A DNA stretch of 32,486 bases, taken from positions 1-32,486 of the forward strand of contig JACRKL010000043.1 in assembly GCA_016219835.1 (NCBI GenBank), given 5' to 3'. Shown in pieces: positions 8,302 to 16,543 of the stretch. Within the stretch, counting starts at the first letter, position 1. Each line of letters starts with the position of its first letter. A program made the position numbers and the translations under genes. This DNA is from Candidatus Woesearchaeota archaeon (GTDB lineage: Archaea; Nanobdellota; Nanobdellia; Woesearchaeales; JACRKL01). A model generated the notes under the pieces. That model was not told where the DNA came from, ran no database searches, and was given only the letters and a program-made list of their open reading frames with translations.

Positions 8302-10267
8302 AGAACTCTACCAAACCTATCGGACGAAACTGCATCGTCCAGCGGAGGTTTGTCCCATAGAGTCATCGCTCTTGCTTCCACCACTCGATAGCATCGTACC
8401 GTATTTGTATGCCGAACGGCATTGGATTCACCAACTTCCAGAACAGATATCGCAACTGGCTTCTGCTGTCGCAATGCAATCATCTCATGAAAAATTATCG
8501 TTACTTGAATCCATGATCGACCAGCTTCTGCATACCTGCTTCAGCAATGATGCGTATCTTCACCTTGCTGCGCACGTGGTTGCAGCAGGAGATCAGTTGG
8601 ACACTCTGCTCTTTAAACAGATCAATTCCCATACCAAACAATTCGCTCAGCTTCAGGATGCATTGCGGAAGCAGCGGAATAGGGATCGTCTGGTTTCGAT
8701 GCGAACCTCATGCAATACTCTTCATGATGCCTGGCTCTCGCTTGAACAGCTCTATTCCCAACGAGGGCTTCCAGAAAAAGCTATTGCTCGATCCCATCAC
8801 CTCTTGCAGCAGTATGGCAAAGAACGCCAACAAACTGATGTGCTGCGCACCCAGATCGATACGTTGATCTTGGACTATCAATCCATCGGAGAATTATTTT
8901 CTGTCGAGCATCTTGCTCGTCTCCGGAAAGCATCTTCCACGGGATATTTTGGAGGATCGTTAGCAAAATCATGCAACGCTGCTCATTATCCCGAAGGCAT
9001 AGTGCAGCTCAAGGCTCTGCATGAAGAAGTAAACTACATATTGCGAAACCGTGATACGAGCATAGCAGAATCACAGCTCATTCGTTCTGAGACTCAAAAG
9101 ATCAAAGCATTGCATGACCGACTCATTCCCGATGAACATCAGCTTGCAACCAACGATCTTTCCATCGTATTCTCATCGTTATTTCCAGCAGATCGTTTTG
9201 ATGGCACGAGAACTCCACTCTTACTCTCGCAGCAGATCGTTGATTATCAAACCTCAGCAGATGCCTTCATGCACTTGCGAACCGATCTTCTTACCCAAGA
9301 ACAACAAAGGGTGAAACTCGATCTTGATCGTTACGGTGCTGCGGTAAGATCTCTGCCTGCAAGCATGAGCGGCATTGGCGATTATCTAGAACGTTTGACG
9401 ACCGTTCAGCACGCGTTACACGACTGCAATCTCAGAGTCAATGCAGTCGGTGATACCACTACCGGAAAAATAGTGTTGAAGTTACTCGATGATGTGAAAG
9501 ATATGATTCCTGCTCTTCAGGAAGCACATCTCGCTTATGCTACGATGGTGCACTATGCAGAGCAATGCAAAGAGCAGCAGCATGATCTTATCAGCAATTC
9601 CCTCAGCCCCCAACGTCTTGATGCCATTGCCGTGCTGAAGAAGAATGTCGATGGCATCAGTCTCAATCACCCTGCCTACAAAGCAGAAGGAATGCTGTTG
9701 AAGAACAGCGTTCAGGACGGTCTTGCTCTTCTTGTCAGTACTTGCCTCACGCAGGCAGACCAGCTCTATCGTGCAGCAGAAGAACAGAAATACGACCCGG
9801 TGTATGTGCTTTCCCTCTATAAAAAGCTGCATGCCATCAAAGACATCAGCGAGCGGATTGCCAAAACAGAACAGCTCATCCGAACCATGGAGCATGGATC
9901 TTATGTTCAAGCACCCATTGCAGAGTCAGTTGCTCCTCGGGTTGTTGTTCGTAATATTCATTCCCCCTCACCGGTGATTGATCTTTCCGGATTTGATATC
10001 ACCGAATATTTCGAAGGGGTTGTGCCAGAAAATCAGAAGCTGAAGAAATGCTTGGATATTCTCAATGGAGAATACGATGATACTTGGCCCGAACGATTTA
10101 CCCGATTATCAGACTATCTTTCAAAAGCTGACCTCTCTCAAGATGCATCTTATTGTCATCGTTTGAGCAGTGGCATTGAACAGCTTTTGGGAACCCGCTA
10201 TGCTGCTGCTCTACAAGACCATCCAGAGCTTACCGGAAATGTCCTAGGAATGTTGCGCATTCATTAA
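8288..10267 (+). CDS. Large alpha-helical hypothetical protein (659 aa)
   Basis: Long uninterrupted ORF. The ATG at 8288 overlaps the upstream stop by 14 nt; GTG at 8279 is an alternative start. Helix-rich composition, no motif recognised. Confidence 0.7.
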   Translation: MIRHEELYQTYRTKLHRPAEVCPIESSLLLPPLDSIVPYLYAERHWIHQLPEQISQLASAVAMQSSHEKLSLLESMIDQLLHTCFSNDAYLHLAAHVVAAGDQLDTLLFKQINSHTKQFAQLQDALRKQRNRDRLVSMRTSCNTLHDAWLSLEQLYSQRGLPEKAIARSHHLLQQYGKERQQTDVLRTQIDTLILDYQSIGELFSVEHLARLRKASSTGYFGGSLAKSCNAAHYPEGIVQLKALHEEVNYILRNRDTSIAESQLIRSETQKIKALHDRLIPDEHQLATNDLSIVFSSLFPADRFDGTRTPLLLSQQIVDYQTSADAFMHLRTDLLTQEQQRVKLDLDRYGAAVRSLPASMSGIGDYLERLTTVQHALHDCNLRVNAVGDTTTGKIVLKLLDDVKDMIPALQEAHLAYATMVHYAEQCKEQQHDLISNSLSPQRLDAIAVLKKNVDGISLNHPAYKAEGMLLKNSVQDGLALLVSTCLTQADQLYRAAEEQKYDPVYVLSLYKKLHAIKDISERIAKTEQLIRTMEHGSYVQAPIAESVAPRVVVRNIHSPSPVIDLSGFDITEYFEGVVPENQKLKKCLDILNGEYDDTWPERFTRLSDYLSKADLSQDASYCHRLSSGIEQLLGTRYAAALQDHPELTGNVLGMLRIH

Positions 10268-10989
10268 TCCTGCTTTGCAATATCATAAAGAAGATGAAAA
10301 TAGCGTTTGTAGGCATCGGCAATGACCTGATCCTTAATGAGAATAGTCTTGAGGGGCGTTGCCCACAACGTGAAGAGCACTTCATCGCCGCAGATCATCG
10401 TGGAAACATGGGAATCAAACTGTTCGGGCAAATACTTTGCTTCGGTAAACGGCAGCGAGTTCAGGTAGGTAATCCTCTCTTGTGCGTTATGATTGTAGAT
10501 ATGCTTCATGCTAATCTTTTTCTGGATTCTCAGTTTGTGGAAATGCGGAATCTTTGTTTTAACAATCTCTGGCGCGATTTTAGGAATGCCATAAATCAGA
10601 ATATCTTCCTTACAGTCCAGAAAACCATACATCAAACCCATAAATGCATCAACACCATCAATTACTTTAGCCACGCTTTCCGTACCGGCAATTTTTCTGG
10701 CGATTTTAAACTCCGGGATCATTTTCTTGAGTTGGTCTTCACGTTCTTTCAGAAGATGCAACAGATGCGATGGATCGGCCGCTTCAAAATACTTTGTTTC
10801 GCCTTTCATGAAGTAGGCAACAAGACCTTTGGTAGCAAGGCGATCCAAAGCCTCATAGGCATTGGTGCGATGCACTTTAGCAGCTTTGGAAATGACTCCG
10901 GTTGCAGAAGGTCCCTGCTCCATCAATGCCATGTACACTTTAGCTTCATTTTTACTCAATCCCAGACTTTCCAGCAGGTTTTCGTCCAT
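10264..10989 (-). CDS. TrmB-family winged-helix transcriptional regulator (241 aa)
   Basis: The N-terminus MDENLLESLGLSKNEAKVYMALMEQGPSATGVISKAAKVHRTNAYEALDRLATKGLV matches the TrmB-type wHTH pattern, followed by a ~150-aa C-terminal domain. The start at 10989 is chosen over the upstream ATGs at 11031 and 11211. This is the only minus-strand gene. Confidence 0.8.
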   Translation of the reverse strand: MDENLLESLGLSKNEAKVYMALMEQGPSATGVISKAAKVHRTNAYEALDRLATKGLVAYFMKGETKYFEAADPSHLLHLLKEREDQLKKMIPEFKIARKIAGTESVAKVIDGVDAFMGLMYGFLDCKEDILIYGIPKIAPEIVKTKIPHFHKLRIQKKISMKHIYNHNAQERITYLNSLPFTEAKYLPEQFDSHVSTMICGDEVLFTLWATPLKTILIKDQVIADAYKRYFHLLYDIAKQD

Positions 10990-11010
10990 GGTGCGGGGTG
11001 GGGAGAAATA

Positions 11011-11020
11011 CTTTAAAAAG
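11011..11020 (-). promoter_or_regulatory. TATA-box-like element upstream of the TrmB-like gene
   Basis: The minus strand reads CTTTTTAAAG, centred ~26-27 nt upstream of the ATG at 10989. The geometry matches the box at 685-692. Confidence 0.35.
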
Positions 11021-11062
11021 ATTCCTTTCATTAAGAGTATATTTGTCGACGCAGGCATAAGC

Positions 11063-11070
11063 TTTATATA
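11063..11070 (+). promoter_or_regulatory. TATA box (TTTATATA) in the divergent intergenic region, upstream of CDS 11119
   Basis: Exact match to the archaeal TTTAWATA-type consensus. The predicted start site at ~11093-11097 would leave a short leader containing the GGGGTGA RBS. The core is near-palindromic, so it could also serve the minus strand. Confidence 0.4.
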
Positions 11071-11118
11071 GCGTTTGCCATTAGTGAGGGAGGAACATAG
11101 GCAGGGGTGAATGGTTGT

Positions 11119-13242
11119 ATGGGTACGATAGATCCCTATTACATCAATGAAGCTCTTCGAATGGTAAAGGGAACGGTTGATGTGAGTAATCGGTTCTTCC
11201 AATCTTTTCATGATGGGAGTGCTGAAAGTTGCACCCTGATGTTATATGGGTTTAAAGATGTTGCCAATGCAGCATTGGTTTCTATTCTTCAAGAGTCTGC
11301 TTTTCTTCATCCGATAAAGAAAGTGTATGCCGTGATGACTGACCATCTCAATACTCCCGAGAGTGTAGAGAAGCACAACGGTCGTAAGGAGTTTTCTGAA
11401 CGTCAAGTGCTGGGTTTACCTCTGAGTACCCGATTTCAAGCGCTCACTCCACAAGAGGTTCCCGGCCATATAGACGAAGTTGACTTCTTCTTTCTTACTG
11501 AATCACGCTGCACTCTTGATGAGGCTATGAACCTCGGCGGGAAAGAGTATTTTCGTGAAGCGATGATTAGAAAGAATCTGCCGATTATTGAGGATATAGC
11601 GTATCTCTTCCAAAAGCCATCTGACCTACAGGTTTGCGTGGTTACCAATCTTCCAGAGATTCTTGCTGCAAAGCTGTTGTTTGAGACTCATCTTGATCCT
11701 GCACAAATATCTGGTTTTAGCCACGCTGATAAGGTCCGCATTGATGGATACTATAATAAGCTATTAGCCTTGAAATCACATCCTTCTTTTTTGAGGAGTG
11801 AATTTTTTGCGGTGGGCAGTCATGATAATCCTTGGCCAGTACTCTCAGGACCTGCACGATTCGATTTTGGTTTAGGGTTTAATGAGCATGCTTTGGTAAT
11901 GAATGAATCTCAATGGAACCGCTTTATTCAAGATGTCCAAGCTTTTGGAGCACGGCAGTATGCAGCTCGAGGTCTTGCACAGCTCAAGAGGCCTCCTACA
12001 AGTGACGTTACTGCATCAGCGATGCGTGAAGTTCTGTTAGGCTATCTCAACAAAGATCGTTTGCTCAACCTTAGCGTATATCATGAGGGTGTCTTTCAGG
12101 AGGGACCAACGTATTTCCAGCACGGAGCACGCATGAACACGATTTTGCTTGAGCGAATGAGTCCTCATGACAGAGAACAACAGTTGCTTCGGGCCAAGAA
12201 TCTCGAGAGCCTGCTTCAAACCTTTTCTATTACTAAAAAAGGGACGATTATTGCTATGCCAGAAATGATGAATCCCGTTCTAGTTCCTAGTCAAGGAGCG
12301 CCTTCACCTACCGCTCCGAGAAAAGAGCTTCAGAGTGAGGATCTTTTAGTTGCCAGAAATACGCTCCAGCCAAATCAACTGATTATCTATGACCTTTCCG
12401 GCAATCATCTCCGAGAGATTCCATTTGGCGAGCGCTCCTATATATTCGGACTTACGTCTTTGGATGATCATCTGATTGTGATGGTGAGGGAACATCCAAA
12501 GCATGGTACACCCTACTGCCGTATGCAGGTCTTAGACTTGAAAACATTCCATGAACAAAAAACCATCGACATCCCCTCTGTCGATGCTTTTGTCGTTACA
12601 CCTCAGAAGATGTATTATACTTCCTCCGACGCTGTTCGTGGAGCAATCCAAGTATGTAACGTACCTGGCGGTCCGGATAAGAAATCATTTAGTTATGATA
12701 ACGATAACTACTTATCACTCCATGTCACTGATTCCCATCTTCTGGCTTGTTCACCAACAAAAGCTGTCGTATGGCTCCTGACAAAACCACATCTTGGAAG
12801 TATTGATTATGAAGGGGCTATCGATCGGAGTACATCCCTCAGTTTCCCTAACGGCGGTGGACTGATCTCCTTTGAGCATGATGGCAAATTAGTTGTCCAA
12901 GAGATTGGCGGTATCTCTGGCGTACGAAAAAGATTGGATGGCACATTCAGCTCTTTTTATGCTGATGAGCAAAACCGTAGTTTGTTCGTAGTAGATCCTA
13001 AAAATTACCTCTGCAGGTATACGTCACCTACTTTAGATCAATTACTGAAAACAGATGAAGTAATGATCTCTAATACTAAAGTTCCGGAGTCAGTTAGGAG
13101 CCTGATCATAACGCCTCGTTCAGTCATTGCTGCTGGTGCTTCAAACTGCTATGTGTTTGATCCATCAAACCTTGCTTATCTCGGACCAGTCGCTTTTGAA
13201 CATGCGTCGAGGGAATGCTATGCCATCATCCAAAAACTTTGA
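11119..13242 (+). CDS. LDH/MDH-like Rossmann-fold domain fused to a C-terminal beta-propeller-like region (707 aa)
   Basis: The N-terminal half follows the lactate/malate dehydrogenase pattern: VCVVTNLPEILAAKLL...ISGFSHADKVRID...AVGSHDNPWPVLS corresponds to vvtNPvD...viG..LDsaR...GEHGds.vP.wS. The dinucleotide loop is degenerate (YGFKDVA). The C-terminal ~300 aa shows repeated beta-strand blades. ATG at 11119 is preceded by GGGGTGA; GTG at 11107 is an alternative start. Confidence 0.6.
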   Translation: MGTIDPYYINEALRMVKGTVDVSNRFFQSFHDGSAESCTLMLYGFKDVANAALVSILQESAFLHPIKKVYAVMTDHLNTPESVEKHNGRKEFSERQVLGLPLSTRFQALTPQEVPGHIDEVDFFFLTESRCTLDEAMNLGGKEYFREAMIRKNLPIIEDIAYLFQKPSDLQVCVVTNLPEILAAKLLFETHLDPAQISGFSHADKVRIDGYYNKLLALKSHPSFLRSEFFAVGSHDNPWPVLSGPARFDFGLGFNEHALVMNESQWNRFIQDVQAFGARQYAARGLAQLKRPPTSDVTASAMREVLLGYLNKDRLLNLSVYHEGVFQEGPTYFQHGARMNTILLERMSPHDREQQLLRAKNLESLLQTFSITKKGTIIAMPEMMNPVLVPSQGAPSPTAPRKELQSEDLLVARNTLQPNQLIIYDLSGNHLREIPFGERSYIFGLTSLDDHLIVMVREHPKHGTPYCRMQVLDLKTFHEQKTIDIPSVDAFVVTPQKMYYTSSDAVRGAIQVCNVPGGPDKKSFSYDNDNYLSLHVTDSHLLACSPTKAVVWLLTKPHLGSIDYEGAIDRSTSLSFPNGGGLISFEHDGKLVVQEIGGISGVRKRLDGTFSSFYADEQNRSLFVVDPKNYLCRYTSPTLDQLLKTDEVMISNTKVPESVRSLIITPRSVIAAGASNCYVFDPSNLAYLGPVAFEHASRECYAIIQKL

Positions 13243-14068
13243 AGTGCTTTCCTGCTATCGCCTTGGCAGGCAGAAAAAACAGCTGTCCCATACGAATGAG
13301 GATTGCCGTTGGATAGATCGTACACATAATCTTTACATGGTTGCTGACGGGCTTGGTGGTCATGGTCATGGTGATGAAGCTAGCAGGATTACTCTGGAGT
13401 CTATTGCACACAAGCTTTCCCGGATGTATCTTGGTCTTCGCAATGGCATCTTTCAGACGGAAGACATCCCCGTGGAGATTAGTTCTGCCATGGGTTACGC
13501 TAATCACGAGATCCTCTGTCCATTGGCAACGTACTCGCCGAGCCTCGAGAATTTTGCAACGACCGTTGCGCTGTTATATTGCCATTCCTCTCAAGCATAC
13601 ATCGCCCATGTTGGTGATTCGAGAGTCTATCGTTTTCGTGATGGGTCTCTCAGTTGTCTTACGGCTGATGACCGTGAACTGAAGGATGCTCAACATCCGC
13701 TTGCAGGGTCTTATGTTACCCAATCGCTCGGGAAAGAAGCGATCGAGATACATCAGTCTCAGTTGGAGATTGCCACTGGGGACACGTTCCTCCTCACGAC
13801 TGATGGTTTGACTGATTATGCAACTGATGGAGAAATTGAACAGATTCTCCGAGAGAGTTCGTTCGCTGATGCTCCAAAACTGCTGGTGCATCTGGCAAAT
13901 TATCCTCAGGATGTCGCTGCTGCGTACGCGGATTACTGGCAGATATCCAAGAGCAGCGCAAGGAAGATGCTCGGCGGGAGGGATAACATTACCTTCATAC
14001 TCTTAAAAGCTGGGAGGGAGAACAATGGAAAGGCTGGAATTGTTAAGGTATCTGGATCAGGACTTTAA
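13220..14068 (+). CDS. PP2C-family Ser/Thr protein phosphatase (282 aa)
   Basis: Motifs NEDC...YMVADGLGGHGHGDEAS, AHVGDSRVYRF..G.L..LTADD, LLTTDGLTDY and GGRDNITFILL. The internal ATG at 13220 (GAGGGAA upstream) is preferred over 13127 or 13202. Confidence 0.85.
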   Translation: MPSSKNFEVLSCYRLGRQKKQLSHTNEDCRWIDRTHNLYMVADGLGGHGHGDEASRITLESIAHKLSRMYLGLRNGIFQTEDIPVEISSAMGYANHEILCPLATYSPSLENFATTVALLYCHSSQAYIAHVGDSRVYRFRDGSLSCLTADDRELKDAQHPLAGSYVTQSLGKEAIEIHQSQLEIATGDTFLLTTDGLTDYATDGEIEQILRESSFADAPKLLVHLANYPQDVAAAYADYWQISKSSARKMLGGRDNITFILLKAGRENNGKAGIVKVSGSGL

Positions 14069-15377
14069 GATCATGGATGTAACAAGGGGTGGTGGCTCTG
14101 CTCATATTGTTAAGGCAACGGCACTTCGTGAGTTGTCACAGTTTTCTCTTAAGAAAGGAGTTACGGTGGCACTGAAGTCTCCGAAAAATCCCAATGCAGA
14201 AGCCAGACAACGGTTTAAGATTGAGTATGAAGTGCTCAACCGATTTAAGAATCATCCCCATATTGTCACGCCATATGGGCTTACTCAATGTGGTGAACGT
14301 TATCCTATCTTGGTTATGGAATGGGTGGAACGTTCTCTTGCGAGTTATACTCGAGATCAGAATGCCCACTTCCTGACGCCAGATATTGCCGGAAAATTCC
14401 TGAAGCAGGCAGGTGCTGCACTTTCAGCTCTTCACGACCAAAATGATTCTGTCGGCTATCTCCACAGGGATATCAAACCAGACAACCTTCTTTTGCTTGG
14501 GAATAATCAAACCGTTAAATTGAGTGATTTTGGATGCGTCATGCCTTTAGGATCCGCACCTGAACGGGAGCTGCTTCCTGCGTCAAGTAGCCACGGTCTT
14601 GTTTACTATGGGGCGCCAGAAACTCTTGAGGATGATGAAACAAAGCGGGTCTACAGCAGGGAATCGGACATCTATTCACTGGCTGTATCGATGATTTACC
14701 TGCTGGCAGGAACAACTCCTTTTGAAGGGGATGCTGCCGGAACGAAACGGAAAGAACTGGTTGTGCGGAAGAGGGATAGCACCTATCTTGATGATGCTGT
14801 TGCTTTCCTGCTCTCGGAGAGAATTCCAAAGCACCAGCAGGAAGTTTTACGACAGGCGATTGATGGAACACCAGGAAACCGTCAACCTTCCGTCCAAGCA
14901 TTCCTCGACGACTTTTTTAGGGAGAAAAAGGATCCGCATGGATTGTATTTTGCAGAACGGTACAAGACGATTGAAGAAGTCCTTGGTGACCCAGCACGAA
15001 ATGTTTTTGGAGTAACGCAGGAGATTGGAGTCGATCGCATGCTAACAGCATATGAGGAAATGGTGAAGTATGCAAGTGAACATACCGTTACATCTTCGTT
15101 GGTTGGAGATGCAAAGACGAAGATCACCACACGGGCACAGCAGGATTATAGAATCCTCGAGGGTCACATTGCTGGTGCATCTGCCTTGGAGAATGCAGCT
15201 AAGAAGCATCCAGGTGGGTACACTAATTTTGGACAGGAGTTGGTGCATTACTTTAGGGTCTGGGGTGACGAATTTTCTCCATTTGCCAATCCTCAGCAGA
15301 AGAGAATCCATGCTACGGATGTTCTGGACTTTAGCGATCCAAGATACAAGGAGTTTACATTTGATCCACGGAAGTGA
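14025..15377 (+). CDS. Hanks-type Ser/Thr protein kinase with ~170-aa C-terminal extension (450 aa)
   Basis: Gly-loop TRGGGSAHIV, VALKSPK (catalytic Lys), HRDIKPDN (nt 14463-), LSDFG (nt 14526-) and YYGAPE. GGGAGGGAG RBS 4 nt upstream. It overlaps the PP2C gene by 44 nt. Confidence 0.9.
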   Translation: MERLELLRYLDQDFKIMDVTRGGGSAHIVKATALRELSQFSLKKGVTVALKSPKNPNAEARQRFKIEYEVLNRFKNHPHIVTPYGLTQCGERYPILVMEWVERSLASYTRDQNAHFLTPDIAGKFLKQAGAALSALHDQNDSVGYLHRDIKPDNLLLLGNNQTVKLSDFGCVMPLGSAPERELLPASSSHGLVYYGAPETLEDDETKRVYSRESDIYSLAVSMIYLLAGTTPFEGDAAGTKRKELVVRKRDSTYLDDAVAFLLSERIPKHQQEVLRQAIDGTPGNRQPSVQAFLDDFFREKKDPHGLYFAERYKTIEEVLGDPARNVFGVTQEIGVDRMLTAYEEMVKYASEHTVTSSLVGDAKTKITTRAQQDYRILEGHIAGASALENAAKKHPGGYTNFGQELVHYFRVWGDEFSPFANPQQKRIHATDVLDFSDPRYKEFTFDPRK

Positions 15378-15385
15378 GGCTTGTC

Positions 15386-16531
15386 ATGGTTGAACAAAGT
15401 TTGGAAGAACGGCTGAAAGAAACCTTTCAGCGATTGAAAGAGCGAGAAGCAGCGGAAGCTGCATTGGAAAAGAAATCCGTAAGATGGAAATGGTTTAAGA
15501 GAATTAGCGGCAGCATTGCAGCATTATGCCTTGCTGCGGGCATTGGCTATGGTGCCATGAACTACAAAAGCCTATCGCATGAGTTCTTTCCTCAGCCGAC
15601 GCCGACATCGACTGCAACGGTAACGCCAACAGCTACTCCAAAAAAAACACCAACATTGATGGGTACCATCTTAACAAGTTATCGTTCGAATCTAAATCTC
15701 CTTAGGGGATACAACTACGAAGAAATAAATCGGATTGTTTATGAGTCTATTGGTAATCTTCCTCCTCTTAACCAAAAACAGATAACTGAGGTTGTACAAA
15801 CGATTCTTTCTCATGAAATGCCCTCCATTAAAACTAATGAGATTACGACATATAACGATCTTTTCTTTACACGTTTTATTGGTACTTCATACTATGCAGG
15901 GTACAATCATTTTATTGTTTCAAATAGAGAACCAATAGCGGTATTTGGAAGGAGTCTGCTCGGAAAAGATAATGACCCTCTTATGATTAATATCACTGGA
16001 GATATAGGTTCCTTAGGGCATTCTGCAGAATATACCCATTTTATTGTTAAAGGGAATGTGTCTCTTTGTGGAGAAGATTCCGAAAGGTGTACTTTCAGAG
16101 TAGATGGAAATACTGAGGGTTATTTAGGTCATAATTCCAATGATAGCATTTATTTCATAAATGGAGTAGTAGGAACAGAGTTAGGAGACAGATCGAGTTT
16201 TTGTAAATTTACCGTGATGGGGAATGTTGGAGACTCTTGTGGGGATTGGTCAAATAACGCCGAGGTTATGGTCTCTGGAAATGTTGGAGCCCATTTAGGT
16301 ATTAATGCACGCGATGGTACGTTTACCATAAAGGGCTCAACTGGTGATTATATTGGTCATGAAGCACGTCGCTCAACCTTCATTATATTTGGAACTATTG
16401 GACAATTATTCTATCGTGATGGTTTTCCCTCAGATTGCACATTCATTTGTTATCTTCCTGAAACGTACCAAGCTCTCATGAACCATTATAACGTCAATAA
16501 CAACACCATCAAGTTATCGACTCAAAAATAG
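15386..16531 (+). CDS. N-terminally anchored surface protein: PT linker plus GXGXG-type beta-helix repeats (381 aa)
   Basis: Cytoplasmic helix LEERLKETFQRLKEREAAEAA, basic stop-transfer, TM (ISGSIAALCLAAGIGYGA) and PT linker (PQPTPTSTATVTPTATPKKTPT). These are followed by 7-8 coils of ~19 aa with the pattern h.h.G..G..hG (nt ~15983-16405), as in the GXGXG domain of FwdC / glutamate synthase. The ATG at 15386 aligns with the paralogue's start. Confidence 0.65.
   Translation: MVEQSLEERLKETFQRLKEREAAEAALEKKSVRWKWFKRISGSIAALCLAAGIGYGAMNYKSLSHEFFPQPTPTSTATVTPTATPKKTPTLMGTILTSYRSNLNLLRGYNYEEINRIVYESIGNLPPLNQKQITEVVQTILSHEMPSIKTNEITTYNDLFFTRFIGTSYYAGYNHFIVSNREPIAVFGRSLLGKDNDPLMINITGDIGSLGHSAEYTHFIVKGNVSLCGEDSERCTFRVDGNTEGYLGHNSNDSIYFINGVVGTELGDRSSFCKFTVMGNVGDSCGDWSNNAEVMVSGNVGAHLGINARDGTFTIKGSTGDYIGHEARRSTFIIFGTIGQLFYRDGFPSDCTFICYLPETYQALMNHYNVNNNTIKLSTQK
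15408..15462 (+). repeat. 55-nt near-identical segment, copy 1 (5' end of CDS 15386)
   Basis: 53 of 55 nt are identical to 16566-16620, although the rest of the two genes has diverged. It contains a perfect 7-bp hairpin ctgaaag-aaac-ctttcag (15413-15430). Confidence 0.85.
15590..15655 (+). repeat. Pro/Thr-rich linker-coding low-complexity region
   Basis: Encodes PQPTPTSTATVTPTATPKKTPT directly after the TM helix. Confidence 0.8.
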
Positions 16532-16543
16532 GCTTCGAAAAAA

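Noticed and set aside
10294-11016. 240-aa plus-strand ORF
   Set aside because: It is the shadow of the TrmB-like gene, whose wHTH motif on the minus strand is unambiguous.
16524-16543. A-rich tracts just upstream of the ATGs at 16544 and 18123, considered as internal promoters
   Set aside because: The AT-rich boxes sit only ~15-17 nt from the start codons, not at the ~26-nt geometry seen at the better candidates. They are very short and lie in otherwise coding-dense context.
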